Part shown: positions 1-11,036 of the stretch, one piece after another
Layout: every line of letters begins with the position of its first letter
Position numbering within the stretch: the stretch's first letter is position 1
Virus record (IMG/VR): IMGVR_UViG_3300025789_000024
Coordinates: 1 to 64,000 of that record
Length of the DNA stretch: 64,000 nucleotides
From: a virus
Strand: one strand, 5' to 3'
Program-made: the position numbers and the translations under genes
Notes under the pieces: model-generated
Database searches by the model: none
What the model was told of the DNA's origin: nothing
The model's input: only the letters and a program-made list of their open reading frames with translations

Positions 1-3000
1 ATAGTTGCCGCACCACCTGAACCAAGTGTATATATACTTGTACCAGTAGCATTTTTAATAACAACATTACCAGTAGAATTGTTATTAAATGTAAAACCTT
101 GACCAATTTGCATTGAAGCATCTGCTGGCATATTGATTGTGTAACCAGTTGTACCACTGATTAAGATATAACCAGGTGAAGTTGTAGTCAATGTTGTATT
201 GCCACCTGCACTTGTTGTAATACTTAATGTTGCTGGGATAAATGTTACACCGTTAACTGTACCAGTAAAGTTAGCGTTATTTGCTGAGATATTACCAGTT
301 AACTGACTGTTACCAGTAATATTCAATGTACCTGTTACGTTAGCACCAGTACCAGTAATAACTAATGAAGAATTACCTGCAACTGTTGTTGTAATATTAC
401 CATTTCCTGTAATAGTGATATTACTGTTACCGTTCTGTAGTAAGCCACTGTTAATTGTTGTGATATTACCTGTTGTAGCAACTAATGTAGTTGTACCCAA
501 ATTACCTGTGTTAGCATTACCACTTACGTTTGCTGTACCAGTGATGTTTGCACCAGTGCTTGTTACTGTCATTACGTTAGCAGTACCTGTAACACTCATA
601 TTGATGTTACCGTTGTTTAAAACAGTAATATTACTGTTGCCGTCTGCTAATGTGTTGACTGCTAAGTTTGCCGCAGTCAATGTACCATTAACAGTTAAGT
701 TACCGATGTTAGCATTGCCTGTGTTAGCATAGATATTACCTGCTGTGATACTTGCTGTTACTGCTAGACTGCTCAATGTGCCAACACTAGTGATATTTGG
801 TTGAGCGCCTGTTGTCAATACTGCATTTGTATAGTTAGCAGTTAATAAGTTACCTGCATTGATGTTACCGGCTGTGATGTTACCTGTACCAGTGATTACG
901 CCTGAACCAAATCCCAAATTACCAACGTTAGCGTTGCCTGTAGTAGTGATTGTGTTACTACCAGCCGCGATTGTACCAATAATATTGCCACCAGTGATGT
1001 TACCTGTACCTGTGATGACGCCTGAACCAAAGCCCAAATTACCTACGTTAGCATTACCGGTAGTTGTGATTGTGTTGCTACCTGCCGCAATCGTACCAAT
1101 TACGTTACCTGCTGTAATATTACCTGTACCAGTGATTACTCCACTACCAAATCCTAAATTACCGACATTAGCATTGCCTGTAGTAGTGATTGTGTTACTT
1201 CCGGCTGCGATAGTACCAATGATGTTACCACCAGTGATGTTACCTGTTGTAGTAATTGCATTGCTACCTGCCGCAATTGTACCAATGATGTTACCACCAG
1301 TGATATTACCAGTAGTAGTGATTGTGTTACTTCCGGCTGCGATAGTACCAATGATGTTGCCACCAGTGATATTACCTGTACCTGTGACTACTCCACTACC
1401 AAAACCTAGATTACCTACGTTAGCATTGCCTGTTGTAGTGATTGTGTTGCTACCTGCCGCAATAGTACCAATAATATTACCACCGGTAATGTTACCTGTA
1501 CCAGTAATAACACCTGAACCAAATCCTAAATTACCAACGTTAGCATTACCTGTAGTGGTAATTGCATTACTTCCGGCTGCGATAGTACCAATTACGTTAC
1601 CTGCTGTAACATTACCTGTACCTGTGATAACACCTGATCCAAAGCCTAAATTACCTACGTTAGCATTACCTGTGATGTTTGCTTTTGTTAAGTTAGCGAT
1701 ATTTGCGCTAAGATTACCTGCTGTAGACAAGTTGCCACCAGATACATTGCCTGTTGCGCTAATTAATCCACCTGAATAAATGTTGCCACCTGCACCAATA
1801 CCACCTGCAACTTTCAATGCACCTGTTGTGCTACTTGTTGAAACTGTAGTAGGTTCAATTTTAAATTGTTGTTGTGCGTTACTAAAACGCATTACTTCGT
1901 TGGTTGTTAAGAAACCACCAACTGCAAATACGATATCATTTGTTGTGCCTGTTCCACCTGTTGCAAGAACTAAGTTACCGCCTAATCCAGGAACACCTGA
2001 TGTGAATAAATAACCATCATTTGGTGCAGTGATTGTAAAGTTTGCATCATTATAAGTAGAACCAGTAAAGCCCATGTCTACCCAACCAGCAGCAGCATTA
2101 CCATTATCTCCGTAACCTACCCAGTCTACACTAGCGTTTGCGTTTTGATTAACTAATGAAGCTGCCGAATACTGATCAGCGTTTGCACTACCGATCAATA
2201 CTGAGTTGGGGAAACTTGCTTCTTGTGAAGTATTAGAACCAATAAACAATGCATTACCAACAAGCATGTTGTTGTTTGCAATGATGTTAGTGTTAGATGT
2301 GATATTGCCATTAGCAACAATAGTATTTGTGATGTTTGCATTGTTACCTGCAATATTACCGGTTACCGTTACGTTTTGTGCAAAATTACCATAGTTAGCA
2401 GTTAACAAGTTACCTAAATTTGCATTAGCAGAAGTTAAGTTACCTGCAATAGAAACTGCATTAGTTGTTTTGTTGAATGTAAAGCCCCCTGTTGAGTTAG
2501 CAAGACCGCTATCATTGAACACAACATCTGTGTTGCTACCTGGAATTACTAGATTACCTGTAATGTTACCTGTAATGTTACCGTGAATAGTTCCACCAAC
2601 ATATAAGTTACCACCGACACCAGCGCCGCCTGCTACTGTTAATGCACCAGTTGTTGTGCTTGTTGATACAGTAGAAGGTTTGATTTGGAATGTTTGTAAT
2701 GTGTTTTCAAAGCGCATTACTTCATTACCGGTGTCATATCCGTTACCAAATACGATATCATTGTTTGAACCAGTACCTGCTGTAGCAATAACTAAGTTGC
2801 CACCAAACCCCGGAACACCTGAACCTACTAAATAAGCATCACCTGGTTGAGTCAATCCAGTATTAGGAACATCGTATGTCGAACCAGTAATACCCATGTC
2901 AACATAACCTGCCAATGCATTACCATTATCTGCATACGCTGCAAAGTCAGCGCTTGCATTTGGATTTTGATTGATCAATGCAGCTTCTGCATAATTTGCA

Positions 3001-5093
3001 GCGTTGCCTGCCATTAATAGTAATGAGTTAGGGATGTCAACTGAAAGATTAGCAGTACTACCAACTTCGATGAAACCAGGGCCTAAAATATATCCACCAT
3101 TCAATAGCAGATTACTAGTAGTTCCTGCAATTTGAATAGTACCATTTGAATATATTTGATTAGCGTTTACATTGCCAGTAGTGTTTACTACGTTGGCATT
3201 TACGTAATTTGCTGTTGCAAGGTTGCCTAAATTAGCATTACCTGCATTAACATTAGCATGTACATTTACATAATTTGCTGTTGCAAGATTGCCTAAATTA
3301 GCATTATTAGATACAATGTTTCCAGTAACAGTTAGTACTTGTGTTGAATCATTATATGTAAAGTTTGCGCTGGCTGCTAAGTCAGCACCTGAACCTTTAT
3401 ATTGTACATATGTTGCACTACCTGCGGCTTGATTAAAGTCTACAGCAACGCCGTTAGCGTAATAATAGTTGTTTGTTTTAATACCACCTGTAGTAATATT
3501 ACCAACAACATTTAAATAACCAGAAGTAAAGATGCCCTCTGAGTTATCTGTTGTTTCAATACCAAAGATATTTGCTTTGCCTGATGAGTTGAATGCAATA
3601 GCAACTGCTTCGTTATCAACCAAATCCCATGTTGTTTCGTTTTCGATAGAAGCAATGTTACCGTTTTGTACGTAGAATGCATAGTTGCCTACACCTGAAC
3701 CCATTGCATTACCAAGAACACCGATGTTATAACCACCGTTGTGTGTATCTACTGAGTAACCTCTTACACCGACTGCGGCGCCAGTATCAGTAGTACTTGT
3801 AACTTGACCTTGACCTTGAACACCAGTTGCTTTAGTGCCGCCGTTTGATCTACCGATACCTAAGATACCAATACCAGTAACGGTAGCGTTAGAATTAAGA
3901 GCCGCAGCCTCACCAACTAAACCGATATTGTCAGGGAATGTTTCACCGGAATCATCTTGTGAAGCAATAGCAATTGCGTTTGGAAATTCTGTACTGTTTG
4001 CAGTAGCACCAATTTTTACGTTTACTAGTGTACCAACGCTTGTAATGTTAGGTTGAGCAGCATATGTTAACACACCAGTAAAATAGTTACCTTGTACTGT
4101 GTTACCTAAATTTGCATTGCCTGCTGAGAAATTACCAGTGAATAAACCATCACCTGTAACTTTGATTGAGTTATTATTGATTTGAACTACGTTTGCAGTT
4201 CCGTTTGCTGAGATAGTAACATTACCACCTGCAAAAGGAATAGCAACATTACTAGTACCATTTGCCAAAATATCTACTGCAATATTAGCCGCAGTTAATT
4301 GACCGGTTACAGTTAAGTTAGAAATAGTTGCATTACCTGTAATGTTTGCACCATTTGCAGTAATATTACTTACAAAATTACCATAATTAGCTGTTACTAA
4401 ATTACCTAAGTTAGCATTACCTGTTGACAAGTTGCCACTTACATTTGCAGTACCTGTGATATTAGCGCCGGTGCTTGTAACTGTTAATACATTGGCATTA
4501 CCACCTACACTTGTGTTAACATTACCATTATTAAGAACAATTACATTACTTGTACCATTTGATAATAAGTCAACTGCAATATTAGCCGCAGTTAATTGAC
4601 CTGTTACAGTTAAGTTAGAAATAGTTGCATTGCCATTGATGTTTGCATTACCGTTTAAGTAAACATAGTTGTTAGCTTTGTTAAATGTGAAATTTGCTGA
4701 AGAATTAGCATCACTAGAATCATTGAAAGTAATACCTGTATTGGGACCGGGAACAATCAAGTTACCACTAATATTACCTACAAAGTTACCATAAAAATTA
4801 CCAGCACTAATGTTACCTGTCACTACTAGGGCATTTGCTGGGCTTAATGAAGAGTTACCTACTGATAACACGCCATTTGCATAATCGTATGCAAATGTGG
4901 GATCGTTACCAAAAGTGCCGGCTTGGTCAAAATAAACCCCTGTGTTTGCTCCTTGGGCTGTAGGGAAAGTAGTAATATTGCCATTTGAATCCAATAACGA
5001 TAGATTATCTGTTGGACTTAAAAAGATAGTACCCTTACCACTTGGGGGTGTTGGTACTGTATTACCGGCTTCTTGTTTTAATATTAGTGACAT
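1..5093 (-). CDS. Large virion fibre protein, >1690 aa, 3' end outside window
   Basis: Absent from the ORF track because it has no stop in the window. ATG at 5093 (MSLILKQEAGNTVPTPPSGKGTIFL) follows an AAGGA SD and an ATAAATA promoter. G/N/T/V-rich with GNANLGNLVTANY and AQPNITSVGTL fibre motifs. Confidence 0.8.
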   Translation of the reverse strand, partial: MSLILKQEAGNTVPTPPSGKGTIFLSPTDNLSLLDSNGNITTFPTAQGANTGVYFDQAGTFGNDPTFAYDYANGVLSVGNSSLSPANALVVTGNISAGNFYGNFVGNISGNLIVPGPNTGITFNDSSDANSSANFTFNKANNYVYLNGNANINGNATISNLTVTGQLTAANIAVDLLSNGTSNVIVLNNGNVNTSVGGNANVLTVTSTGANITGTANVSGNLSTGNANLGNLVTANYGNFVSNITANGANITGNATISNLTVTGQLTAANIAVDILANGTSNVAIPFAGGNVTISANGTANVVQINNNSIKVTGDGLFTGNFSAGNANLGNTVQGNYFTGVLTYAAQPNITSVGTLVNVKIGATANSTEFPNAIAIASQDDSGETFPDNIGLVGEAAALNSNATVTGIGILGIGRSNGGTKATGVQGQGQVTSTTDTGAAVGVRGYSVDTHNGGYNIGVLGNAMGSGVGNYAFYVQNGNIASIENETTWDLVDNEAVAIAFNSSGKANIFGIETTDNSEGIFTSGYLNVVGNITTGGIKTNNYYYANGVAVDFNQAAGSATYVQYKGSGADLAASANFTYNDSTQVLTVTGNIVSNNANLGNLATANYVNVHANVNAGNANLGNLATANYVNANVVNTTGNVNANQIYSNGTIQIAGTTSNLLLNGGYILGPGFIEVGSTANLSVDIPNSLLLMAGNAANYAEAALINQNPNASADFAAYADNGNALAGYVDMGITGSTYDVPNTGLTQPGDAYLVGSGVPGFGGNLVIATAGTGSNNDIVFGNGYDTGNEVMRFENTLQTFQIKPSTVSTSTTTGALTVAGGAGVGGNLYVGGTIHGNITGNITGNLVIPGSNTDVVFNDSGLANSTGGFTFNKTTNAVSIAGNLTSANANLGNLLTANYGNFAQNVTVTGNIAGNNANITNTIVANGNITSNTNIIANNNMLVGNALFIGSNTSQEASFPNSVLIGSANADQYSAASLVNQNANASVDWVGYGDNGNAAAGWVDMGFTGSTYNDANFTITAPNDGYLFTSGVPGLGGNLVLATGGTGTTNDIVFAVGGFLTTNEVMRFSNAQQQFKIEPTTVSTSSTTGALKVAGGIGAGGNIYSGGLISATGNVSGGNLSTAGNLSANIANLTKANITGNANVGNLGFGSGVITGTGNVTAGNVIGTIAAGSNAITTTGNANVGNLGFGSGVITGTGNITGGNIIGTIAAGSNTITTTGNANVGNLGFGSGVVTGTGNITGGNIIGTIAAGSNTITTTGNITGGNIIGTIAAGSNAITTTGNITGGNIIGTIAAGSNTITTTGNANVGNLGFGSGVITGTGNITAGNVIGTIAAGSNTITTTGNANVGNLGFGSGVITGTGNITGGNIIGTIAAGSNTITTTGNANVGNLGFGSGVITGTGNITAGNINAGNLLTANYTNAVLTTGAQPNITSVGTLSSLAVTASITAGNIYANTGNANIGNLTVNGTLTAANLAVNTLADGNSNITVLNNGNINMSVTGTANVMTVTSTGANITGTANVSGNANTGNLGTTTLVATTGNITTINSGLLQNGNSNITITGNGNITTTVAGNSSLVITGTGANVTGTLNITGNSQLTGNISANNANFTGTVNGVTFIPATLSITTSAGGNTTLTTTSPGYILISGTTGYTINMPADASMQIGQGFTFNNNSTGNVVIKNATGTSIYTLGSGGAAT
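860..1680 (-). repeat. Coding tandem repeat of 40-aa (120 nt) and 22-aa (66 nt) units, TTTGNANVGNLGFGSGVITGTGNITGGNIIGTIAAGSNTI
   Basis: GTIAAGSN units recur at about 973, 1093, 1213, 1279, 1345, 1465 and 1585. Confidence 0.9.
1760..3060 (-). repeat. Tandemly duplicated ~170-aa domain in the fibre protein (DNGNA.AG.VDMG.TG...GGNLV.AT...NDIVF...NEVMRF...STSTTTGAL.VAGG)
   Basis: Homologous blocks at about 1760-2200 and 2600-3040. Confidence 0.8.
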
Positions 5094-5133
5094 TGCTAAA
5101 TTTCCTTAACTTATTCTTTATTTATCATTTCTG

Positions 5134-5772
5134 TTAACCCACCACCCAATTAATTCCGTTAGATAGTACCGGAACTGCATTGGTTCCGCCACTGCCAACG
5201 ACAGATAAAAATGTTGTTGTATTAGCATCTGTGATATATGCTCTGGCGCCTGCGCCAACGGCAGCTGCCGTTGGTAAACCTGAATAGGTTGTGGGTGTTG
5301 TTTTTACTACATGAGTAACCAGCATATTTTGAGTAGTAACAAATGTTAAATTTGCATTACCCGTAATATTACCCTGATTATTAAAAATGATTTGTGTGTT
5401 TGATGTGCCTTTAATTCCGTCAACTTCTACCAGTACACCTTCAATATCTAGCACACCATCAACTGTGATAGGTACACTAAATAAACCTTGATAGTTAGCC
5501 TGAATAGTTAAGTCTGTGCCTACAGGAACATAAGTAGGCATTGGCGCCGGAGATTGTGTACTGGCAGGGGAAACGAATGCAAGATTACCTGACCCGTCTG
5601 TTCTCAAGAAGTATCCGTTAGAACCGCCAGTAATAGTAACATTTGCTACATTACCTAAGTTGGATAGGCCTGTTATATCTATGTTTGTAGTAGATATATT
5701 GCCCGTCGGTGCGTCTAGGGTTATATCCCCAGCCGTAAGGCCGTTTTTTACGTTAAAATACTTCGTTGTCAC
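5134..5772 (-). CDS. Small virion fibre/adaptor protein (212 aa)
   Basis: GTG start; N-terminal FNVKNGL motif; GGSNGYFLRTDGSGNL motif; APMP...YQGLF domain shared with 11037..12506. Confidence 0.75.
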   Translation of the reverse strand: MTTKYFNVKNGLTAGDITLDAPTGNISTTNIDITGLSNLGNVANVTITGGSNGYFLRTDGSGNLAFVSPASTQSPAPMPTYVPVGTDLTIQANYQGLFSVPITVDGVLDIEGVLVEVDGIKGTSNTQIIFNNQGNITGNANLTFVTTQNMLVTHVVKTTPTTYSGLPTAAAVGAGARAYITDANTTTFLSVVGSGGTNAVPVLSNGINWVVG

Positions 5773-5825
5773 AGTTCCATTTTCCCTGCTAAACTTAATT
5801 AATTTTTAATTACTTAAATCATAAA

Positions 5826-8800
5826 TCAAGTTTTTATATAAGTTGCTACCACATTTACATTTGCTGTTGTTACTACAGAAGAATTTGCTGTAGCATACAA
5901 CGTGACATTACCAGTAACACCGCTGATGTTAGCAGTAATATCGACTATATCGGCTGTATCGTTAGTACAGATTGATCCATATATTGTTATATATGCACTT
6001 GAAGCACCGTCCTGAACTAATAATGTTTCAACTGATTGATATCCATTAGCACTTGAAGCACTAATTACATATTTTGCTGTTCTAAATGCTGATGGTGAGA
6101 ATTGATCAATCATTGTGGGTGTTGTTGATACAGACACATTACTACGATTAGAAATTGCGCCACCTGCAAACGCAACATAGTCAGTATTAACATTACCTGT
6201 TAGTGTGATGTTACCATCATTAGTTACTGAAACATTGCTTGAACTATTACCAACAAACAAGTTGCCTGTTAAGTTTGCATTACCATTAGCGATTGCTACG
6301 TTGCTTGAACTATTACCAACAAATACATTCGTACTAATGTTCGCAAAGTTAGAGATTAATAAATTACCAACGTTTGCATTACCTGATACAATATTACCTG
6401 TACCTGTAATTGTTCCTGTACCAAATCCTAAGTTACCAACATTAGCATTGCCTGTGACATTAGCAGTATTTGCTACTAAGTTACCAGTTACATTTGCATT
6501 ACCTGCATTTAATTGAACTGTAACATTAGCATTACCTGCCGTTAACAATGTTGTTACATTTGCGTTGGCAGCTGTTAAATTAGCAGTTACGTTTGCATTA
6601 CCTGCTGTCAAGGTACCAATTATATTTGCGTTATCACTAGTGATATTACCTGTTCCAGCGTTAGCAACTATTAATGAACCATTAACATTTGCACCAGCAG
6701 TAGTTACGTTTACTATGTTAGAAGCACCGTTAACGCTTATAACAACCGGACCGTTCGTTGAAGGAATACTTACATTTGAACTACCATTGCTGATACTTGA
6801 TTGACTGATTGTAGACCATGAGAGTGAACCTGAACCATCAGTTTGCAAGTATTGTCCGCTCTGACCGCCTAAGATATGTACGTTACTGATATTACCTAAA
6901 TCTACGTTACTACTAGTACTGAAGTCAACTGGGCCAATTGCTACTGCTAAGTTAGCTAATGTACCTAAACTAGTAATATTGCTTTGTGCATTTTGTGTTA
7001 CATAACCAGCTAAGTTTGCATTTGCAACATTACCTGTTACATTAGCACCAGTAATACCACTGATAGCCGCACCGTTACCAATCAAGTATGTTGAGCCACT
7101 ACCAATATTACCAGCAGTAATATTACCAGTAGAACTAGTGATATCACCAGTAACACTTAAACTTGTTAATGTACCGACACTTGTGATATTGCTTTGTGAG
7201 TTTTGTGTAACATAACCGGCTAAATTTGCATTTGCTACATTACCTGATACGTTAGCACCAGCGATGTTGCTGATACTAATACCATTACCGTATAACTGAG
7301 TAGTTGTTTGACCAATATAGTTTGCAAGAACATAACCAGTATCACTAGTAATATTACCAGTAACTTCTAAGTTTCCTAATGTACCTACACTTGTTAGACT
7401 CGAAGTAACAATACTTGATGCAAGTGTGTTACCTGTTAAGTTAGCCGCATTAGCAGTAATATATGTGTTACTTGCATTTGTTAATTGACCTTGGTCATTA
7501 ACTGTAAATGTTGCTACTACATCACCGCCACCATATGAACCTGCTGACACACTTGTGTTTGCAATACTAATAACTGTACCATTGATGCTAATACCTGTAC
7601 CAGCAGTATATTCACCAGCCGCTGAGAACTGAGTGAATGTAATTGGTGTTGTACCAAGAGTTACAGGAGGTTGTGTAGTACATACCCAACCAGTATTTGC
7701 ATTTGTAGTACCAGCAATAATGAATGTAAATGCACCTGGGATTTCACCACTTGGGCTTTGTGAGTCAAAGTCATTGGTACGTGTTAAAATGTATGGTGAA
7801 CCTGCACTACCTGTAGCAGTAACAGAATAGATACCGTTATATGGTTGATTTCCACCTGTTTCATTTTTAACTAGAATACGTTCACCAACACTTAGTGTTC
7901 CGCCATCAACTGTTAGTACACCATTTACATTACCTGTTAATGTTGCACCAACACCACTTGCACCGTTGTTATAAGTGTATGCTGGGAGTGCCGCGGCTGT
8001 TGCATATTCGCAAGATGCTTTAGGCAATAGACCTTGTGCAGTAACATCTACATAGTTCTTTGTTGCCGCATCTTGTGGATTGTACGGATCTTTAAGATTT
8101 GTAATGTATGTGTTAGCAACATCAACATTACCTGTACCATCTGGATGTAAATTAATATCACCGTTTGTTGTAGTTGTAACTGTGATTGGACCTGACACGC
8201 TTGAAACGGTGTTAGCAAGTACGTCTGAATTTGATTGAATATTACCTGATACTAGTAAACTTGTTAATGTACCAACACTTGTGATATTTGGTTGTGCATT
8301 TGATTGTACATTTAATGTACCACCTAATGTGTTAGCAACAATGTTACCTGCATTAGCATAGATATTACCAGCAGTAATGATAGTAATGTTAGCGTTTGCA
8401 GATGTCAAGAATGATGTAATATTAGCGTTGGCTGCTACTAGATTAGCAGTTACATTAGCATTACCAGTAACTAAATTATTCGTTACATTGGCATTACCGG
8501 TGTTCAATTGACTTGTAACATTAGCATTACCAGCATTTAATTGACTTGTAACATTAGCATTACCAGTTGTTAATAAAGTAGTTACGTTAGCATTACCGGC
8601 ATTTACATTGCTTGTTACATTAGCATTTCCACCAACAGTAAGATCCAATGTTACATTTGCGTTGCCTGTAGTCAATAATGTAGTTATGTTTGCATTACCT
8701 GCATTTATATTACTTGTTACATTAGCATTTCCACCAACAGCTAAGTCTGTAGTAACATTTGCATTACCAGTTGTTAATAATGTAGTTACATTTGCATTAC

Positions 8801-9398
8801 CTGCATTTACATTGCTTGTTACATTAGCATTTCCACCAATTATAATGTCTGTTGTTAGATTTGCATTATTTGCACTTACATTACCGGTTACGTTAGCATT
8901 ACCACCAACTATAATGTCTGTTGTTATGTTTGCGTTACCAGCAAACAAATTACCTTGTACATTTGCATCATTTGCAAAGTTTGCATAGTTAGCAGTTACT
9001 AAATTACCTAAGTTTGCTGTTCCGCTGGCCGGGGCTGTGAAATTACCTGTTGTGTCAAAAATCCATTGATAGTCTGAACCTGCGTTAGCATTAATGTAAA
9101 TATTACCACTAGCAACAGGGACACTTACATTACTGTTACCATTTTGAATTTCGGTAACACCGGGACTTGATGACCAAGTCAAGTTACCTGTACCGTCAGT
9201 ACTAAGTACAGCACCTGAACTGCCGCCACCGATATAGACATTACCAACGTTTCCTAAGTTAGCATACGTACTAACTTTTAGATTTGCTGTTTGTACTGAA
9301 CCTGAGTTAGCATATATTGTATTGCTGGCTGCATCAATGATTACGTTCCCGATTGTTGCGCCATTTTTAATTACGAAATTCTTTATTGATGTTGACAT
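5826..9398 (-). CDS. Virion fibre protein (1190 aa)
   Basis: FVIKNG N-terminus; GNANVT repeats; NPQDAATKNYVD and GERILVKNE..NGIY.V fibre domain; C-terminal FRTAKY beta-domain. Confidence 0.8.
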   Translation of the reverse strand: MSTSIKNFVIKNGATIGNVIIDAASNTIYANSGSVQTANLKVSTYANLGNVGNVYIGGGSSGAVLSTDGTGNLTWSSSPGVTEIQNGNSNVSVPVASGNIYINANAGSDYQWIFDTTGNFTAPASGTANLGNLVTANYANFANDANVQGNLFAGNANITTDIIVGGNANVTGNVSANNANLTTDIIIGGNANVTSNVNAGNANVTTLLTTGNANVTTDLAVGGNANVTSNINAGNANITTLLTTGNANVTLDLTVGGNANVTSNVNAGNANVTTLLTTGNANVTSQLNAGNANVTSQLNTGNANVTNNLVTGNANVTANLVAANANITSFLTSANANITIITAGNIYANAGNIVANTLGGTLNVQSNAQPNITSVGTLTSLLVSGNIQSNSDVLANTVSSVSGPITVTTTTNGDINLHPDGTGNVDVANTYITNLKDPYNPQDAATKNYVDVTAQGLLPKASCEYATAAALPAYTYNNGASGVGATLTGNVNGVLTVDGGTLSVGERILVKNETGGNQPYNGIYSVTATGSAGSPYILTRTNDFDSQSPSGEIPGAFTFIIAGTTNANTGWVCTTQPPVTLGTTPITFTQFSAAGEYTAGTGISINGTVISIANTSVSAGSYGGGDVVATFTVNDQGQLTNASNTYITANAANLTGNTLASSIVTSSLTSVGTLGNLEVTGNITSDTGYVLANYIGQTTTQLYGNGISISNIAGANVSGNVANANLAGYVTQNSQSNITSVGTLTSLSVTGDITSSTGNITAGNIGSGSTYLIGNGAAISGITGANVTGNVANANLAGYVTQNAQSNITSLGTLANLAVAIGPVDFSTSSNVDLGNISNVHILGGQSGQYLQTDGSGSLSWSTISQSSISNGSSNVSIPSTNGPVVISVNGASNIVNVTTAGANVNGSLIVANAGTGNITSDNANIIGTLTAGNANVTANLTAANANVTTLLTAGNANVTVQLNAGNANVTGNLVANTANVTGNANVGNLGFGTGTITGTGNIVSGNANVGNLLISNFANISTNVFVGNSSSNVAIANGNANLTGNLFVGNSSSNVSVTNDGNITLTGNVNTDYVAFAGGAISNRSNVSVSTTPTMIDQFSPSAFRTAKYVISASSANGYQSVETLLVQDGASSAYITIYGSICTNDTADIVDITANISGVTGNVTLYATANSSVVTTANVNVVATYIKT
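8390..8960 (-). repeat. Coding 12-13-aa GNANVT repeats
   Basis: GNANVTTLLTT, GNANVTSNVNA and GGNANVT units in the translation. Confidence 0.85.
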
Positions 9399-9420
9399 TT
9401 TTTATCCTAATTTATTAAAA

Positions 9421-11022
9421 TCAATCGGGTACATATGTCCCCAACAAGTTTAGACTAGTACCACTATTAAGTCCTGATGCTAACAATTGCACATTTCCAC
9501 CATTAATAGCAGAACTTAATACCACTAAATCTACCCCTGTAGTAGACAAACTACCATATACTGTTATAAGACTATTTATGCTATCATGAATCAAAAGTGC
9601 TTCAATCGACTGATAACCGGTGTTGTCTCCCACCTTAATTGTGTATTTTGCAGACCTATATTCAGCTAGAGGAAATTGGTCTACAATTGTATTTGTATTG
9701 ACATTTATACTGGTTCTTTGTGAGTATAAATTTGAAACTGCAATGTTTGTTGCAATAATTGTTTGTGTAGTACTAACATTTCCGTTAGAAACTAAGTTAC
9801 CCTGTATAGTAGTATTACTTGAACTTGATCCTAAAGTAACGTTAGAACTTAATCCAATATTAATATTAGCAACACCTGACACTAGTATACCTGCGCTATT
9901 ACTACCACTGTCTACAGAAATCGTGCTGTTTCCAATAGTCACGCATCCACTATTTGCTATCAAATAGTTTGAAGTTACTTGAGTGTTAGTTACTGAAGTA
10001 GTTCCAACTGTTACATTTCCATCAGATACTGTGGTACTACCTACACTTACATTGCTACTAGATACTACAGTATTTCCTACAGTTACATTGCTACTAGATA
10101 CTACAGTATTTCCAACAGATATATTACTACTTGAAACTACAGTATTTCCAATTTTTACATTACTACTTGAAACTACAGTATTTCCAATTGTTACATTGCT
10201 ACTTGAAACAACCGTGTTACCAACTGTAACATTACTACTAGATACCACTGTGTTACCAACAGATATATTGCTACTTGAAACTACTGTATTACCAATTGTA
10301 ACATTGCTACTAGATACTATGGTGTTACCAACAGTAACATTGCTATTTGATATTGAAGTAGTACCTACTGTAATATTACTACTTCCCAATGAGGTGTTAC
10401 CTACACTAACAGTGTTACTTGTAATTGTTGAATTACCAACAGTAACATTGCCGTCACCCACAGTAGTGTTACCAATTGTTACATTACTTGCGCCAACAAC
10501 AGTATTACCAACTGTTACATTACTGTTAGAAATAGTAGTACTACCTACACTTACTGAATTGCTTGAGATAGTTGATGTGCCTACTGTGACATTGCCATTG
10601 GATACAGTAGTAGTTCCGATAGTCACATTGTTATTGCCAACTACAGTATTTCCAACTGTGACATTGCTATTAGATATTGTAGTAGTGCCAACTGTAATAT
10701 TACTGTTACCTACTACTGTATTACCTACTGTAACATTGCTGTTAGAAATTGTTGTATTGCCAACTTTTACATTACTATTTGAGATAGTAGTATTACCAAC
10801 TGTAACATTACTATTTGAAACCGTGGTTGTCCCCACAGTAATAGTATTTGAAGTGATGGTTGAGTTACCGGCAGTTACATTACCAGTTTGAGTAACTACA
10901 TTGCTTACGTTAGAAAGTGTTTGCGCAACTTTAGTCCATGATCTAAGTACGGAGTTATACTTATACGTGTAGGTACCATCGTTGTATGTTTGTCCGTTTG
11001 TTGGGTTTACTGGGAATGCCAT
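9421..11022 (-). CDS. Virion fibre protein with 12-aa repeat shaft (533 aa)
   Basis: N-terminal FPVNPTNGQTY module, about 25 SSNVTVGNTVVS repeats, C-terminal YRSAKY domain. Confidence 0.8.
   Translation of the reverse strand: MAFPVNPTNGQTYNDGTYTYKYNSVLRSWTKVAQTLSNVSNVVTQTGNVTAGNSTITSNTITVGTTTVSNSNVTVGNTTISNSNVKVGNTTISNSNVTVGNTVVGNSNITVGTTTISNSNVTVGNTVVGNNNVTIGTTTVSNGNVTVGTSTISSNSVSVGSTTISNSNVTVGNTVVGASNVTIGNTTVGDGNVTVGNSTITSNTVSVGNTSLGSSNITVGTTSISNSNVTVGNTIVSSSNVTIGNTVVSSSNISVGNTVVSSSNVTVGNTVVSSSNVTIGNTVVSSSNVKIGNTVVSSSNISVGNTVVSSSNVTVGNTVVSSSNVSVGSTTVSDGNVTVGTTSVTNTQVTSNYLIANSGCVTIGNSTISVDSGSNSAGILVSGVANINIGLSSNVTLGSSSSNTTIQGNLVSNGNVSTTQTIIATNIAVSNLYSQRTSINVNTNTIVDQFPLAEYRSAKYTIKVGDNTGYQSIEALLIHDSINSLITVYGSLSTTGVDLVVLSSAINGGNVQLLASGLNSGTSLNLLGTYVPD
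9985..10890 (-). repeat. 36-nt/12-aa tandem repeat (SNVTVGNTVVSS)
   Basis: Directly visible periodicity in both DNA and protein. Confidence 0.95.
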
Positions 11023-11036
11023 GTCTTATTTACCCT

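Noticed and set aside
860-1680. Regular DNA repeats resembling a CRISPR or guide array
   Set aside because: Units are multiples of 3, vary mostly at synonymous positions and have no unique spacers; they are coding repeats.
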